A stretch of 64,000 nt of DNA. Origin: an uncultured Chloroflexia bacterium (lineage in GTDB: Bacteria; Chloroflexota; Limnocylindria; Limnocylindrales; CSP1-4). The DNA lies in assembly GCA_963749705.1 (NCBI GenBank), contig CAVVNQ010000015.1, forward strand, positions 192,001-256,000, written 5' to 3'. The notes beneath the pieces are model-generated. The model was not told the DNA's origin, ran no database searches, and saw nothing but the letters and a program-made list of their open reading frames with translations. Every line of letters begins with the position of its first letter. Position 1 is the stretch's first letter. Below, in pieces: positions 30,755 through 44,320 of this stretch. The position numbers were made by a program, and so were the translations under genes.

Positions 30755-31351
30755 GGCGTGGAGCCTACGCCACGTGTGGCGCCGCCACGTGTGGCGCCGC
30801 CAAGTCTGGCGCTCCAGCCGGTACGTCACGTGCGGACGGAGCGGGTGCCCGTCAGGGAGCCGCGGGTGGTCAAAGTCAGCCGCCGGATCGTGCGTCATCC
30901 CGATCCGCTCCATGACCCGCCGGGAGCGCCGATTGGCGACGGTCGTGTACGACACGATCTCCGGCAGGTGGAGGACCGTGAACCCGAATCGCAGCGCCTC
31001 CCGGGCGGCCTCCGTCGCGTATCCATGCCCCCAGGCGAAGCGGGCGAGCCGCCAGCCGATCTCGGGCGCCGCCAGCGGCGCCCAATCCGGAACGCCGAGG
31101 CCCGTGAACCCGAGGAACGCGCCGTCGCCGAGCCGCTCGACGGCCCACAGCCCGAACCCATCGGCCGCCCAGCCGGCGACCATCCGATCAACGAACGCGT
31201 CACTCTCGGACCTCGTAAGCCGAGCCGGGAACAGGGCCATGACCTCCGGGTCCGCATTGAGCGCCGCGAACGGCCCGCGATCCATGTCACGCCACTCCCG
31301 CAACAGCAGGCGGTGCGTTTGCAGGCGGGGGACGGTGGACAGGTCGCTCAC
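30284..31351 (-). CDS. RimJ/RimL-type GNAT acetyltransferase read in frame into a DinB/DfsB-like four-helix-bundle domain
   Basis: GNAT motifs: RLLLREW, EIGWRL, WGHGYATEAA, NRRSRRVMERIGM. No stop occurs before MDKLTLL...GWTRKDVLAHI...EHYVEH (DinB-like). Confidence 0.75.
   Translation of the reverse strand: MSDLSTVPRLQTHRLLLREWRDMDRGPFAALNADPEVMALFPARLTRSESDAFVDRMVAGWAADGFGLWAVERLGDGAFLGFTGLGVPDWAPLAAPEIGWRLARFAWGHGYATEAAREALRFGFTVLHLPEIVSYTTVANRRSRRVMERIGMTHDPAADFDHPRLPDGHPLRPHVTYRLERQTWRRHTWRRHTWRRLHAMDKLTLLDDIRRTHAAIEAAVAALDDDALMAAAPDMPGWTRKDVLAHIEWWTGHSAGIVEALLAGREPYPTDDAPFDIDVHNAKVLAESRARSIEDVRDGEAVAYRRVVAAVEQASEADLAEPGRFPWLGGEALARTVASDTSEHYVEHLPHLAPH
30768..30812. repeat. 3 x 15-bp tandem repeat (TWRRH linker)
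   Basis: CGCCACGTGTGGCGC twice, plus CGCCAAGTCTGGCGC. Confidence 0.9.
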
Positions 31352-31390
31352 CCACGCATCGTCGCCCATTCGCGGCCTATCCTGCGCACC

Positions 31391-34988
<3,598 letters not shown>

Positions 34989-35101
34989 CCGGCGTGGGGC
35001 CATCCGGCCCTTGCACGCTCCCGGGCGTCGGCGGCGCATAATGCGGCCCATTCGCGGTGACGTCGGCATTCTCTCGACGACACCATGAGAAGGAGGAGCG
35101 A

Positions 35102-36031
35102 ATGTCCACGCGTGGACGACTTTCCCTGTTGGCATCGGTCGCGGTACTTGCCGCGGCCTGCTCGAGCGGCGGAGCCACGCCGTCGCCGTCGGCCGCCGAG
35201 CCGTCGATGGCCGAGAGCATGGCACCATCGGCGGCTCCGTCCGAGGCCATGGCCACACCGATCCCCGGCGGCCTGCTGGAGAAGGTGCTGAACGCGGGCA
35301 ACATCGTCATGTCGACCGACCCCCAGTATCCGCCCCAGTCGTCGATCACGGCTGACGGGACCTATGAGGGTTTCGACATCGACGTCGGCACGGAGATCGC
35401 GAAGCGCCTGGGCGTGACCATCTCGTTCCAAACGCCCGACTGGGACGCACTGACCGCCGGCTCATGGGGTGGCCGCTGGGACTTCAGCGTCGGCTCGATG
35501 ACCATCACCAGCAAGCGCCAGAAGGTGCTCGACTTCACGATCCCGTACTACTACACGCCCGCCCAGCTGGCGGCTCGCACCGACACCGGCATCACGACCC
35601 CCGACGGGCTGGCCGGCAAGGCCATCTGCGTCGGAGAGGCCACGACGTATCTCGACTGGATCAACGGTGAGCTTGACTTCGGGAGCGAGTCGCCCACGAC
35701 CCAGCCGCCCGCCGGTGCGACGGCAACCACCCTCAAGACCGACCGCCTGTGCGCCGAGAGCTGGAAGGCGGGCCGCAAGGACTTCGATGGCTGGCTCAGC
35801 TCATCGACGACCGTCCAGGCGGCCATCGATGACGGGCTTCCGGTCGTCAAGGTTGGCGATCCCGTGTTCTACGAGCCCCTTGCGGCCGCGTTCGACAAGA
35901 GTGGGCCCGATGCGACCGACATGGTCGCCAAGGTCAACCAGATCCTCACCGACATGCATTCGGACGGCACGCTGAGCGCGATGTCGATGAAGTGGTTCGG
36001 CGAAGACCTGACCGTGAAGCAAGGAAGCTGA
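35102..36031 (+). CDS. polar amino-acid ABC transporter substrate-binding lipoprotein
   Basis: AAGGAGG RBS, lipobox LAAAC, YPPQS, GFDIDV and SMTIT (SBP family 3). Confidence 0.9.
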   Translation: MSTRGRLSLLASVAVLAAACSSGGATPSPSAAEPSMAESMAPSAAPSEAMATPIPGGLLEKVLNAGNIVMSTDPQYPPQSSITADGTYEGFDIDVGTEIAKRLGVTISFQTPDWDALTAGSWGGRWDFSVGSMTITSKRQKVLDFTIPYYYTPAQLAARTDTGITTPDGLAGKAICVGEATTYLDWINGELDFGSESPTTQPPAGATATTLKTDRLCAESWKAGRKDFDGWLSSSTTVQAAIDDGLPVVKVGDPVFYEPLAAAFDKSGPDATDMVAKVNQILTDMHSDGTLSAMSMKWFGEDLTVKQGS

Positions 36032-36043
36032 CGCTGGGTAAGC

Positions 36044-36076
36044 CTGCGAGGCCGCGCGAGGAGCGCGGCCTCGCAG
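36044..36076 (+). other. intercistronic stem-loop after the substrate-binding protein gene
   Basis: 14-bp perfect stem CTGCGAGGCCGCGC-GAGGA-GCGCGGCCTCGCAG with no U tract. Confidence 0.7.
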
Positions 36077-36092
36077 CATCCGGGAGCGTGCT

Positions 36093-36950
36093 GTGAACTA
36101 TGGACAGAGTGGTCCCCACGTAGCCTCGGGCGCACTGATCGGAACAGGCGGCCCGGCCGAGATCGTGGCCGAGATCGCGAGGTCGCGAGCCAGGGCGCGT
36201 GGTCGGTTCCGGACCACCTTCGTCCTGACCTGGCTGGCGCTCGTCACCGTCATCGTCGGAGCCCTGCTTGTGGCGGGCAAGATCGACGCCGAATTCCTCG
36301 GCAAGTGGGCCTCATACATCCTGGGCGGCGTTCCGCTCACCATCATCATCTCGGTTGCGTCGATCGCCGTCGCGATCGTGCTGGCGACGCTCGGCGCGCT
36401 CGGCCGGCTCAGCGCCAATCCTGTGATCTACGCGCTCGCGAGCTTCTACGTGTCGCTCGTGCGCGGCACGCCCCTGATCGTCCAGCTGCTGTTCTTCTAC
36501 CTCGCGCTGCCCCAGATCTGGGAAGGCTTCGCCTCGATCGACCTCGTCGTCCTCGGGATTGCCGCGCTCGCCTTCAACTACGGCGCGTACATGACCGAGA
36601 TCTTCCGTGCCGGCATCCAGGCCATCCCGCGCGGGCAGCTGGAGGCGGCGGCGGCATTGGCCATGCCGCAGAGCACAACGATGCGACGGATCATCCTGCC
36701 GCAGGCGATCCGGATCGTCACTCCGGCGATCGGGAACGAGTTCATCGCCATGATCAAGGACTCAGCGCTGGTCTCCATCATCAGCGTCCAGGAGCTGCTG
36801 TGGCGCGCGCAGCGGATCGGCCAATCGAACTTCCGGAGCCTGGACACGCTGCTGCTGGCCGCCCTGGTGTACTGGGTCATGACCATCATCCTCAGCCTGT
36901 TCCAGGACCGGCTTGAGAAGCGGCTGGCTGAAAGCGACGTGCGACTGTGA
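36093..36950 (+). CDS. amino-acid ABC transporter permease
   Basis: RGTPLIVQL, AYMTEIFRAGI, EAA loop GQLEAA, ILPQA and IKDSAL motifs. Confidence 0.92.
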   Translation: MNYGQSGPHVASGALIGTGGPAEIVAEIARSRARARGRFRTTFVLTWLALVTVIVGALLVAGKIDAEFLGKWASYILGGVPLTIIISVASIAVAIVLATLGALGRLSANPVIYALASFYVSLVRGTPLIVQLLFFYLALPQIWEGFASIDLVVLGIAALAFNYGAYMTEIFRAGIQAIPRGQLEAAAALAMPQSTTMRRIILPQAIRIVTPAIGNEFIAMIKDSALVSIISVQELLWRAQRIGQSNFRSLDTLLLAALVYWVMTIILSLFQDRLEKRLAESDVRL

Positions 36951-37801
36951 CCACGATGGGCGAGCGAGATCCATATGCACAGCCGGGTGCGCTGACCCCG
37001 GCGGGAGCCGAGCCCATCGTGCGCGCCCTGGCCCTGGAGAAGTTCTACGGTGCAAACCACGTCCTGAAGGGCTGCACCCTGGAGGTCTACCCGCGCGAGA
37101 CGATCTGCCTGATCGGCAAGTCCGGGTCGGGCAAGAGCACGCTGCTGCGCTGCATCAACTTCCTCGAGGAGCCGACCGTGGGTGCAATCGAGGTCGACGG
37201 AATGCGCGTCGATGCCGATCCGCTCCACACCCGGAGCCGGCAGCACCGCGAGCAGATCCGCCAAATTCGGCTCCAGGCCCAGATGGTGTTCCAGGAGTTC
37301 AACCTGTTCCCGCACCTCAAGGTCATCGACAACCTGATCGAGGCGCCGATCCGCGTGAAGGGCGTGCGGCGTGACGACGCGATCGCGACGGCGGAGAAGT
37401 ACCTGGACAAGGTCGGGTTGGCCGAGAAGCGGAACGAGTATCCGGGTCGGCTGTCAGGCGGCCAGAAGCAGCGTGTCGCGATCGCCCGCGCGCTGACGAT
37501 GGAGCCCAAGGTGCTGATGTTCGACGAGCCGACATCGGCCCTCGATCCGACGCTGGTCGGCGAGGTCCTGAACGTCATGGAGGAGCTCGCCCACGAAGGC
37601 GCGACCATGATCGTCGTGACCCACGAGATGGCGTTCGCGCGCGAGGCTGCGGACCGTGTCTACTACATCGAGGACGGCGTGTTCGTGGAGGTCGGTCCGC
37701 CGGAGCAGGTGCTCGGCAATCCGTCCGACCCGCGGACGCGCGAGTTCCTCGCGAGGACGCTGGGTGAGAGCGCCTTGAGCGGCGCGCCGGTCGAGGGCTA
37801 G
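36947..37801 (+). CDS. amino-acid ABC transporter ATP-binding protein
   Basis: GKSGSGKST, LSGGQKQR, FDEPTSALD and VTHEM motifs. Confidence 0.94.
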   Translation: MTTMGERDPYAQPGALTPAGAEPIVRALALEKFYGANHVLKGCTLEVYPRETICLIGKSGSGKSTLLRCINFLEEPTVGAIEVDGMRVDADPLHTRSRQHREQIRQIRLQAQMVFQEFNLFPHLKVIDNLIEAPIRVKGVRRDDAIATAEKYLDKVGLAEKRNEYPGRLSGGQKQRVAIARALTMEPKVLMFDEPTSALDPTLVGEVLNVMEELAHEGATMIVVTHEMAFAREAADRVYYIEDGVFVEVGPPEQVLGNPSDPRTREFLARTLGESALSGAPVEG

Positions 37802-37874
37802 GCGCGGCGGGGTTCGGCAGGGTCGCGAATCCTTCCTCCCCGGGTCGGCGTCGCCGTCCGCGTATCATCGGGCC

Positions 37875-38171
37875 ATGGCCACGCTGACCCGCGCCGACGT
37901 CGAGCACGTCGCGTATCTCGCCCGCCTCGGGCTCACCGACGAGGAGCTCGCCCGGCTCGAGGGCCAGCTCAACCACATCCTCGACCAGTACACCAGGCTC
38001 GCGGAGCTGGACACCGACGCCATCCCGCCGACGGCGCAGACGATCGAGCTCGAGAACATCCTGCGCGAGGACGTTGCACAGCCGTCGATGCCGGTCGAGG
38101 CGGTGCTCGCGAACGCGCCCGAACGCGACCGCGAGTTCTTCGTCGTGCCGGCCATCCTGGGCGGCGAATGA
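37875..38171 (+). CDS. gatC: Asp/Glu-tRNA amidotransferase subunit C
   Basis: VEHVAYLARL, LREDV, LANAP and FVVPAI motifs. Confidence 0.93.
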   Translation: MATLTRADVEHVAYLARLGLTDEELARLEGQLNHILDQYTRLAELDTDAIPPTAQTIELENILREDVAQPSMPVEAVLANAPERDREFFVVPAILGGE

Positions 38172-38220
38172 GCAGGCCCCGGCGCCCGAGCGCGGCGTGG
38201 CGAACGGGCACGGCTGCGCG

Positions 38221-39813
38221 ATGACCGACCTCGATCCGACGCGCCTCACGGCGCACGAGATGGCCGCGCACCTCCGTGCCGGCGACGTCTCGTCCCGGGA
38301 CCTGGCGGCCGCGCACCTGGAGCGGATCCACGCCACGGATCGCGGCCTCCATGCGTGGCTGACCGTCGACGACGAGCGCGCGCTTGCCGAGGCCGATGCC
38401 GCCGACGCCCGCCTTGCCGCGGCCCGTGCGGATGGCGGCGGCGCCGTCGACGCGCTCCACCCGCTGCTCGGCATCCCGGTGGCGCTCAAGGACCTGGTGT
38501 CGGTCGCCGGCGGCCAGTGCACCGCCGGCTCGCGGATCCTCGACGGCTACCTCGCCCCGTTCGATTCCCACGTCACGGAGCGGTTGCGCGACGCCGGCGC
38601 GGTGATCCTGGGCAAGACCAACATGGACGAGTTCGCGATGGGCTCGTCGACCGAGCACTCGGCCTTCGGCCCGACGGCCAACCCATGGGACCTCGACCGG
38701 GTGCCGGGCGGCTCGAGTGGCGGCTCGGCGGCGGCGGTGGCCGCCAACCAGGTCCCGCTCGGGATCGGGACGGACACCGGCGGCTCGATCCGCCAGCCCG
38801 CCGCGCTGTGCGGGATCGTGGGCATGAAGCCGACCTACGGGCGGGTGAGCCGCTACGGGATCGTCGCGTTCGCGAGCAGCCTCGACCAGATCGGCCCGCT
38901 CGCGCGCGACACGCGCGACGCCGCCGCGCTGCTCCACGCGGTCTCGGGGCGCGACGCGCGCGACTCGACGTCCGCGCCGGTCCCCGTGCCGGACGACCTG
39001 CTCCACCTGCCCGACTCCGATGACGAGGCGGCCTCGTGGCTGCGGGGCAAGCGGTTCGGGCTGCCCCGCGAGTACTTCGTGAGCGGCATGGAGCCCGGCG
39101 TCGAGGCGCGGGTGCGCGAGGCGGTGGCGGCGCTCGAGGCGGCCGGCGCGATCGTCGAGGAGGTCAGCCTGCCGCACACCGACTACGGGCTCGCGACCTA
39201 CTACATCGTCGCGCCGGCCGAGGCATCGTCCAACCTCGCGCGCTACGACGGCGTCCGGTTCGGCTACAGCGTCCGTGGCGGCGACGACTACCTGGCCGAC
39301 TACCTCGCGACCCGCGGCCAGGGGTTCGGCGCCGAGGTCAAGCGCCGGATCATGCTCGGCACGTACGGGCTGTCGGCCGGCTACTACGACGCGTTCTACG
39401 TCAAGGCCCAGAAGGTGCGGACGCTGATCAAGCGCGACTTCGACCGCCTGTGGGAGGCGGGGTTCGACGCCCTGGTCGCGCCCACCTCGCCATCGGTCGC
39501 CTTCCCGTTCGGTGCCCGGATGGCCGATCCCGTGCAGATGTACCTGTCCGACGCGTGCACGCTGCCGGTGAACATGGCCGGGCTGCCCGGGATCTCCGTC
39601 CCGTGCGGGCTGTCGGAAGGGCTGCCGGTCGGCCTCCAGCTCATCGGCGCCGCGTGGTCCGAGGCCGCGCTGTTCCGCGCCGCCCGGGCCTACGAGGGCC
39701 TGACGGCAGACGCCGACTGGCGTCGGGTCGAGCCGCGGGACCTGCCACGCCTCGACGATCCATCCGCGCCGACGCCGGCCGAGCGGGTCGCCGCGTCCCG
39801 GGCGGCCGAGTAG
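38221..39813 (+). CDS. gatA: Asp/Glu-tRNA amidotransferase subunit A
   Basis: Amidase signature GKTNMDEFAMGSS, PGGSSGGS, GTDTGGSIRQPA, plus SSNLARYDG and EVKRRIMLG. Confidence 0.96.
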   Translation: MTDLDPTRLTAHEMAAHLRAGDVSSRDLAAAHLERIHATDRGLHAWLTVDDERALAEADAADARLAAARADGGGAVDALHPLLGIPVALKDLVSVAGGQCTAGSRILDGYLAPFDSHVTERLRDAGAVILGKTNMDEFAMGSSTEHSAFGPTANPWDLDRVPGGSSGGSAAAVAANQVPLGIGTDTGGSIRQPAALCGIVGMKPTYGRVSRYGIVAFASSLDQIGPLARDTRDAAALLHAVSGRDARDSTSAPVPVPDDLLHLPDSDDEAASWLRGKRFGLPREYFVSGMEPGVEARVREAVAALEAAGAIVEEVSLPHTDYGLATYYIVAPAEASSNLARYDGVRFGYSVRGGDDYLADYLATRGQGFGAEVKRRIMLGTYGLSAGYYDAFYVKAQKVRTLIKRDFDRLWEAGFDALVAPTSPSVAFPFGARMADPVQMYLSDACTLPVNMAGLPGISVPCGLSEGLPVGLQLIGAAWSEAALFRAARAYEGLTADADWRRVEPRDLPRLDDPSAPTPAERVAASRAAE

Positions 39814-39874
39814 GGTCGTCCGGCTCTCGTCCTCGACAGGCGCCCTCGCCACCATCTCGGGCGGAGGTGCAGGG

Positions 39875-40657
39875 ATGCGCAAACGGGTCATTGTCGGGTC
39901 GACGATCGCGGCCATCTGCTGGGCCGGCTACTACCGCACGCGACGCTGGTGGGCGACCTGGGGTGTCGACTCCGCCGAGCGAGACCGCGCGCTGCCGGGC
40001 GACGGCCTGGTGCCCGAGCCGACCATGAGCGACACGCGCGGGATCACGATCGCGGCGCCGCCGTCAGCCGTGTGGCCGTGGATCGTCCAGCTGGGCTATG
40101 GCCGCGGCGGCTGGTACAGCTACGACCGGGTGGACATGCGCGGCGGCAGCGCCGACGAGATCCGGCCGGAGTGGCAACAGCTGGCGGTCGGCGACGTGGT
40201 GCCGACCGACCCGGATGGCGGGTTCGAGGTCCGCGCCCTGGAACCCGGGCGCGCGCTGGTCCTGACGGTCGACAACGAGCTCGTGGCGCGGCAGCGGGGC
40301 ATGTCCACGGCAACGGATGGCGTCCCGGTCGGCCTGGCCACGTCGGGTCGGTTCATGCAGGCGTCGATGCCGTCCGAGTTCGCGGTGTCCTGGGCGTTCG
40401 TGCTCGAGCCGCTCGACGGGGACCGGACGCGCCTGATCGAGCGCGTGAGGGGCCGGTTCGGCCAGGGGACACCCGCGACGCGCGCGCTCGGGCCGCTGCT
40501 CGGCTTCGGCGTGTTCCTGATGACGCAGCGCCAGATGGTGGGGATCCGCGAGCGAGCAGAGGCCGCCCCGCACGTCGTGATCGGGCAGCCGATGGACCAG
40601 CCGGACGAGCCGCCGACGGCCGTGGAGCACGAGGAGCCCGTCCTGGCGCCCGCGTGA
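39875..40657 (+). CDS. SRPBCC/START-like protein with an N-terminal membrane anchor
   Basis: WGVD-x-E...LPGD, ITIAAPPSAVWPWIVQLGYGRGGWYSYD and SWAFVL...TRLIER patterns. Confidence 0.7.
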   Translation: MRKRVIVGSTIAAICWAGYYRTRRWWATWGVDSAERDRALPGDGLVPEPTMSDTRGITIAAPPSAVWPWIVQLGYGRGGWYSYDRVDMRGGSADEIRPEWQQLAVGDVVPTDPDGGFEVRALEPGRALVLTVDNELVARQRGMSTATDGVPVGLATSGRFMQASMPSEFAVSWAFVLEPLDGDRTRLIERVRGRFGQGTPATRALGPLLGFGVFLMTQRQMVGIRERAEAAPHVVIGQPMDQPDEPPTAVEHEEPVLAPA

Positions 40658-40724
40658 CGCAGCCTGTCCGGACCATCGCCGGGCCGCCGGATCGGCCCAC
40701 CGCGATGCCGTACCCTAGGCCGTC

Positions 40725-41951
40725 ATGAGCGCCGACGAGACCCTCACCGTCCATCCGGTCGTCACCGACCGCCCGCCGCTCGCCGGTCGCGCGCTCGCTC
40801 GGCGCGTGCTCGACGTCCCGCCGTCCGGCATCCGGCGGTTCTTCGACATCCTGGCCACGATGGACGACGTGATCAGCCTCGGGGTGGGGGAGCCCGACTT
40901 CGACACCCCGCGCGAGATCGTCGAGGCGGGCGTCGAGAGCCTCCGCGAGGGCCGGACGCACTACACCTCGAACTTCGGCACGATCGAGCTGCGGCGTGCG
41001 CTGTCCGAGCACCTCGAGCAGCGCTACGGCGTCCGCTACGACCCGGCCACGGAGATCCTGATCACCGTCGGCGCGTCGGAGGCCGTCGACCTCGCGCTGC
41101 GGGCGACCTGCGACCCGGGCGACGAGGTGATCCTCCACGAGCCGTCGTACGTGGCGTACGTGCCCGCGATCGTGTTCGCGGGCGGCGTGGTGCGCTCCGT
41201 TGCCACCCGCTTCGAGGACGACTTCGCGCTCGACCCGGCCGCCGTCGAGGCGGCGATCACGCCGCGGACCAAGGCGCTGTTCCTGGGCTACCCGGCGAAC
41301 CCGACCGGCGCGGTCCTCAACGACGACGTCCAGGACGAGCTGGCGCGGATCGCACGCGACCACGACCTGCTCGTGTACAGCGACGAGATCTACGACCGGC
41401 TGGCGTACGGCACCTACCGCCACCGCGCGTTCAGCTCGCTGCCCGGGATGCGCGAGCGCACGATCCTGATGGGCGGCTTCTCGAAGGCCTATGCGATGAC
41501 GGGCTGGCGCGTCGGCTGGATGTGCGCCCCGGCGCCGATCCTGGAGGGCATCGTCAAGGTCCACCAGTACGGGATCATGTCCGCGCCCACCGTCGCCCAG
41601 GACGCGGCCCTCGCGGCGCTCCAGGGCGGCGAGCCGCACGTCGCCGCGATGGTGGCCGAGTACGACCGCCGCCGCCGGCTGCTGGTCGACGGGCTCAACC
41701 GGATCGGGCTGCCGACGTTCGAGCCGCGCGGCGCGTTCTACGCCTTTCCGAAGATCACCTCGACCGGCCTCACGTCCGACGAGTTCACGGAGCGGCTGCT
41801 GCGCGAGGAGCAGGTGGCGGTCGTTCCCGGCAACGCGTTCGGCCCGTCGGGCGAGGGGCACGTGCGGATGTGCTACGCGACGGCGTACGAGCAGGTCGAG
41901 GAAGCCCTGGTCCGGATCGGCCGGTTCGTCGAGCGGGTGCGTCCCGCCTGA
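40725..41951 (+). CDS. class I/II PLP-dependent aminotransferase
   Basis: SLGVGEPDF, PANPTG, SDEIY and GFSKAYAMTGWRVG (PLP Lys). Confidence 0.93.
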   Translation: MSADETLTVHPVVTDRPPLAGRALARRVLDVPPSGIRRFFDILATMDDVISLGVGEPDFDTPREIVEAGVESLREGRTHYTSNFGTIELRRALSEHLEQRYGVRYDPATEILITVGASEAVDLALRATCDPGDEVILHEPSYVAYVPAIVFAGGVVRSVATRFEDDFALDPAAVEAAITPRTKALFLGYPANPTGAVLNDDVQDELARIARDHDLLVYSDEIYDRLAYGTYRHRAFSSLPGMRERTILMGGFSKAYAMTGWRVGWMCAPAPILEGIVKVHQYGIMSAPTVAQDAALAALQGGEPHVAAMVAEYDRRRRLLVDGLNRIGLPTFEPRGAFYAFPKITSTGLTSDEFTERLLREEQVAVVPGNAFGPSGEGHVRMCYATAYEQVEEALVRIGRFVERVRPA

Positions 41952-41982
41952 GGCGACCGGGGGCCGGATCGCAGGCCCGCCC

Positions 41983-41998
41983 GGTGACCTTCGTCACT
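41983..41998. promoter_or_regulatory. CRP/FNR-family-like palindrome
   Basis: GGTGA-ccttcg-TCACT, ~92 nt upstream of the ATG at 42091. Confidence 0.4.
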
Positions 41999-42090
41999 TC
42001 CTCGACCGGCGCCTGCGGCGCACGCTCGTGGTTCCGGGATCCCGACCGGCGCGGTCGGGGCTTCCCGCCCCGTTCAAGGTGGTGCGCCCC

Positions 42091-42669
42091 ATGACCCGAG
42101 CCCTCGTCGTTCATCACGATATCGACCTCGCCGACCAGGAGGTGGAATCGCTCCGCCGGCTCGGCTATGACGTCGAGCAATGCAGCGGTCCCACCGCGAA
42201 CACCTGCCCCATCCTCAACGGCGGAACCTGCCACCTCGCGGCCGAGGCGGACGTCCTCGTGTACGACGCGTGGGCGAGCGGCGACACCGATGGCTCCGGA
42301 GATCTCATCTCGGGGCTCCGCCAGCTGCATCCGTCGATCCCGCTCGTGCTCACGACGCCCGGCATCGGGTATGCGTGGGAGCCGTCGGGCGACCGCGGCG
42401 TCGTGGAGCTCCAGGGCCAGCCCACGGGTGCGCGCCTCCACGAGGCCATCCAGCAGGCGATCATGGGCCAGCAGGCGATGACCGAGCCTGCGGAGGGACA
42501 CGAAGCCGGCGTAGTCGCTCGATCACGCCGGTGGCGCCGTCTATGCCAAACTCTGGGGCATGCTCGGTGCGCTGCTCGTCCTGTCCGGCCTCGTCGCGCT
42601 CGTCTACGGATCCTGGCGGGGATACCACGCGGCGAGGTCCGCGCTCGCGCCGCTGATCCGGGACGGTGA
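42091..42669 (+). CDS. atypical receiver-like domain protein with a Cys cluster (3' end uncertain)
   Basis: RALVVHHD...LRRLGYDVEQC-SGP...CPILNGGTC...ADVLVYD...LRQLHPSIPLVL resembles the CheY fold. The tail overlaps the next gene by 110 nt. Confidence 0.55.
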   Translation: MTRALVVHHDIDLADQEVESLRRLGYDVEQCSGPTANTCPILNGGTCHLAAEADVLVYDAWASGDTDGSGDLISGLRQLHPSIPLVLTTPGIGYAWEPSGDRGVVELQGQPTGARLHEAIQQAIMGQQAMTEPAEGHEAGVVARSRRWRRLCQTLGHARCAARPVRPRRARLRILAGIPRGEVRARAADPGR

Positions 42670-42823
42670 GCCCACCCGCAGCCTGATCGAGGCCGGGCGC
42701 CCGATCCTCGGCCGCGCCCGGGTCCGCGTCGCGGTGCGCCACGTGCTCCAGTCCGTCGGCTGGCTGGCGATCGCGATGTACGGGCTGTACCTGGCAACGG
42801 TCGGCCTCACGGTGCGCTCGTGA
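42560..42823 (+). CDS. small two-TM membrane protein
   Basis: Two hydrophobic segments, GC-typical codons and a GTGA overlap with gatB. Confidence 0.6.
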   Translation: MLGALLVLSGLVALVYGSWRGYHAARSALAPLIRDGEPTRSLIEAGRPILGRARVRVAVRHVLQSVGWLAIAMYGLYLATVGLTVRS

Positions 42824-44317
42824 CCGCAGCCGTGGAGCGCGCCGCGGACGTCCTCGAGCGCTACGAGCCCGTGATCGGGATCGAGGTCCACTGCCAGCTG
42901 CGGACCGAATCGAAGATGTTCTGCAGCTGCTCCACCGCCTACGACGGGGCGCCGCCCAACAGCCACGTGTGCCCGGTCTGCCTCGGGCTGCCGGGGACGC
43001 TGCCGGTGATCAACCGGCGCGCGGTCGAGATGGTCATCGCGACCGGGCTGGCGATCGAGGCCGCGATCCCCGAGCGCACCCAGTGGGAGCGCAAGAACTA
43101 CTTCTACCCGGACCTGCCCAAGGGATACCAGATCAGCCAGTACGCGATCCCGCTGGCGGCGCGGGGGCGGCTGGCGATCGAGACATCCGGCGGCCCGTTC
43201 ACGGTCGGGATCACCCGTGCCCACCTCGAGGAGGACACGGCGAAGCTCATCCACGCGGACGCCGCAGGGCGCGGCGGGCCGTCGCGCCTCGCTGGTGGAC
43301 TTCAACCGGTCCGGGGCGCCGCTGATGGAGATCGTCACCGAGCCCGACATCCGGTCCGCGGAGCAGGCGCGCCGCTACGCGGAGGAGCTCCAGCTGCTGC
43401 TCCGCGCGATCGGGGTCAGCGATGCGGACATGGAGCGCGGCCAGATGCGGGTCGAGGCCAACGTGTCGCTCCGGCCGCGCGGGACCGAGGCGTTCGGGAC
43501 CCGGGTCGAGGTCAAGAACATGAACTCGTTCCGGGCCGTGGAGCGTGCGATCGCGTTCGAGATCGAGCGGCAGGCGCACGCGCTCGACACGGGCGATCCG
43601 CTGTCGATGGAGACGCGCGGCTGGGACGACGGGCAGCAGGCGACGTACCGGATGCGCTCGAAGGAGACGTCCGAGGACTACCGCTACTTCCCCGAGCCGG
43701 ACCTGCCGCCGCTCCACGTCGAGCCGGCCTGGATCGACGGGGTGCGTGCCGGCCTGCCGGAGCTGCCCGCGGCCCGGCGATCCCGCTACGTCGCGCTCGG
43801 GATCACCGGCTACGACGCGGCGGTGATCGTCGCGGACCCGGCGATGACGACCGCGTTCGAGGCGATCTCCGGGGCCGGGTCGGCGCCCGCCAAGGAGGTC
43901 GCCAACTTCGTGAGCGGGCCGCACGCCCGGGCGGTCAAGGCCGGTGGCCTCAACGACCGGGGCACGGCCGGAGCCTCGGATCCGGCCGGCATCGCGCGCC
44001 TGATCGAGGCCATCGCGGAGGGTCGCGTGTCCCGGCCGACCGGGCGCGACCTGCTCGACCGCCATCTCGCGGATGGGCTTCCCGCCGACGAGCTGCTCGC
44101 GAGTGCGGGGCCCGGCCCGATCTCCGATGACGCCTCGCTGCTCGAGCTCGTCGACACGGTGATCGCCGCCAACCCCAGGGCCGTCACCGACTATCGGGCC
44201 GGAAAGCCGGTGACCGGGTTCTTCGTCGGCCAGGTGATGAAGGCGACCCGTGGCGCCGCCGATGCCGCGCGGGTCACGGCGCTGGTGCACCAGCGCCTCG
44301 ACGACACGGAGGGTTAG
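42820..44317 (+). CDS. gatB: Asp/Glu-tRNA amidotransferase subunit B, with one +1 frameshift near 43260-43285
   Basis: [33 protein letters not shown] and HLEEDTAK lie in one frame. [34 protein letters not shown] and GFFVGQVMK lie in the next. The span is 3n+1. Confidence 0.92.
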
Positions 44318-44320
44318 CCG

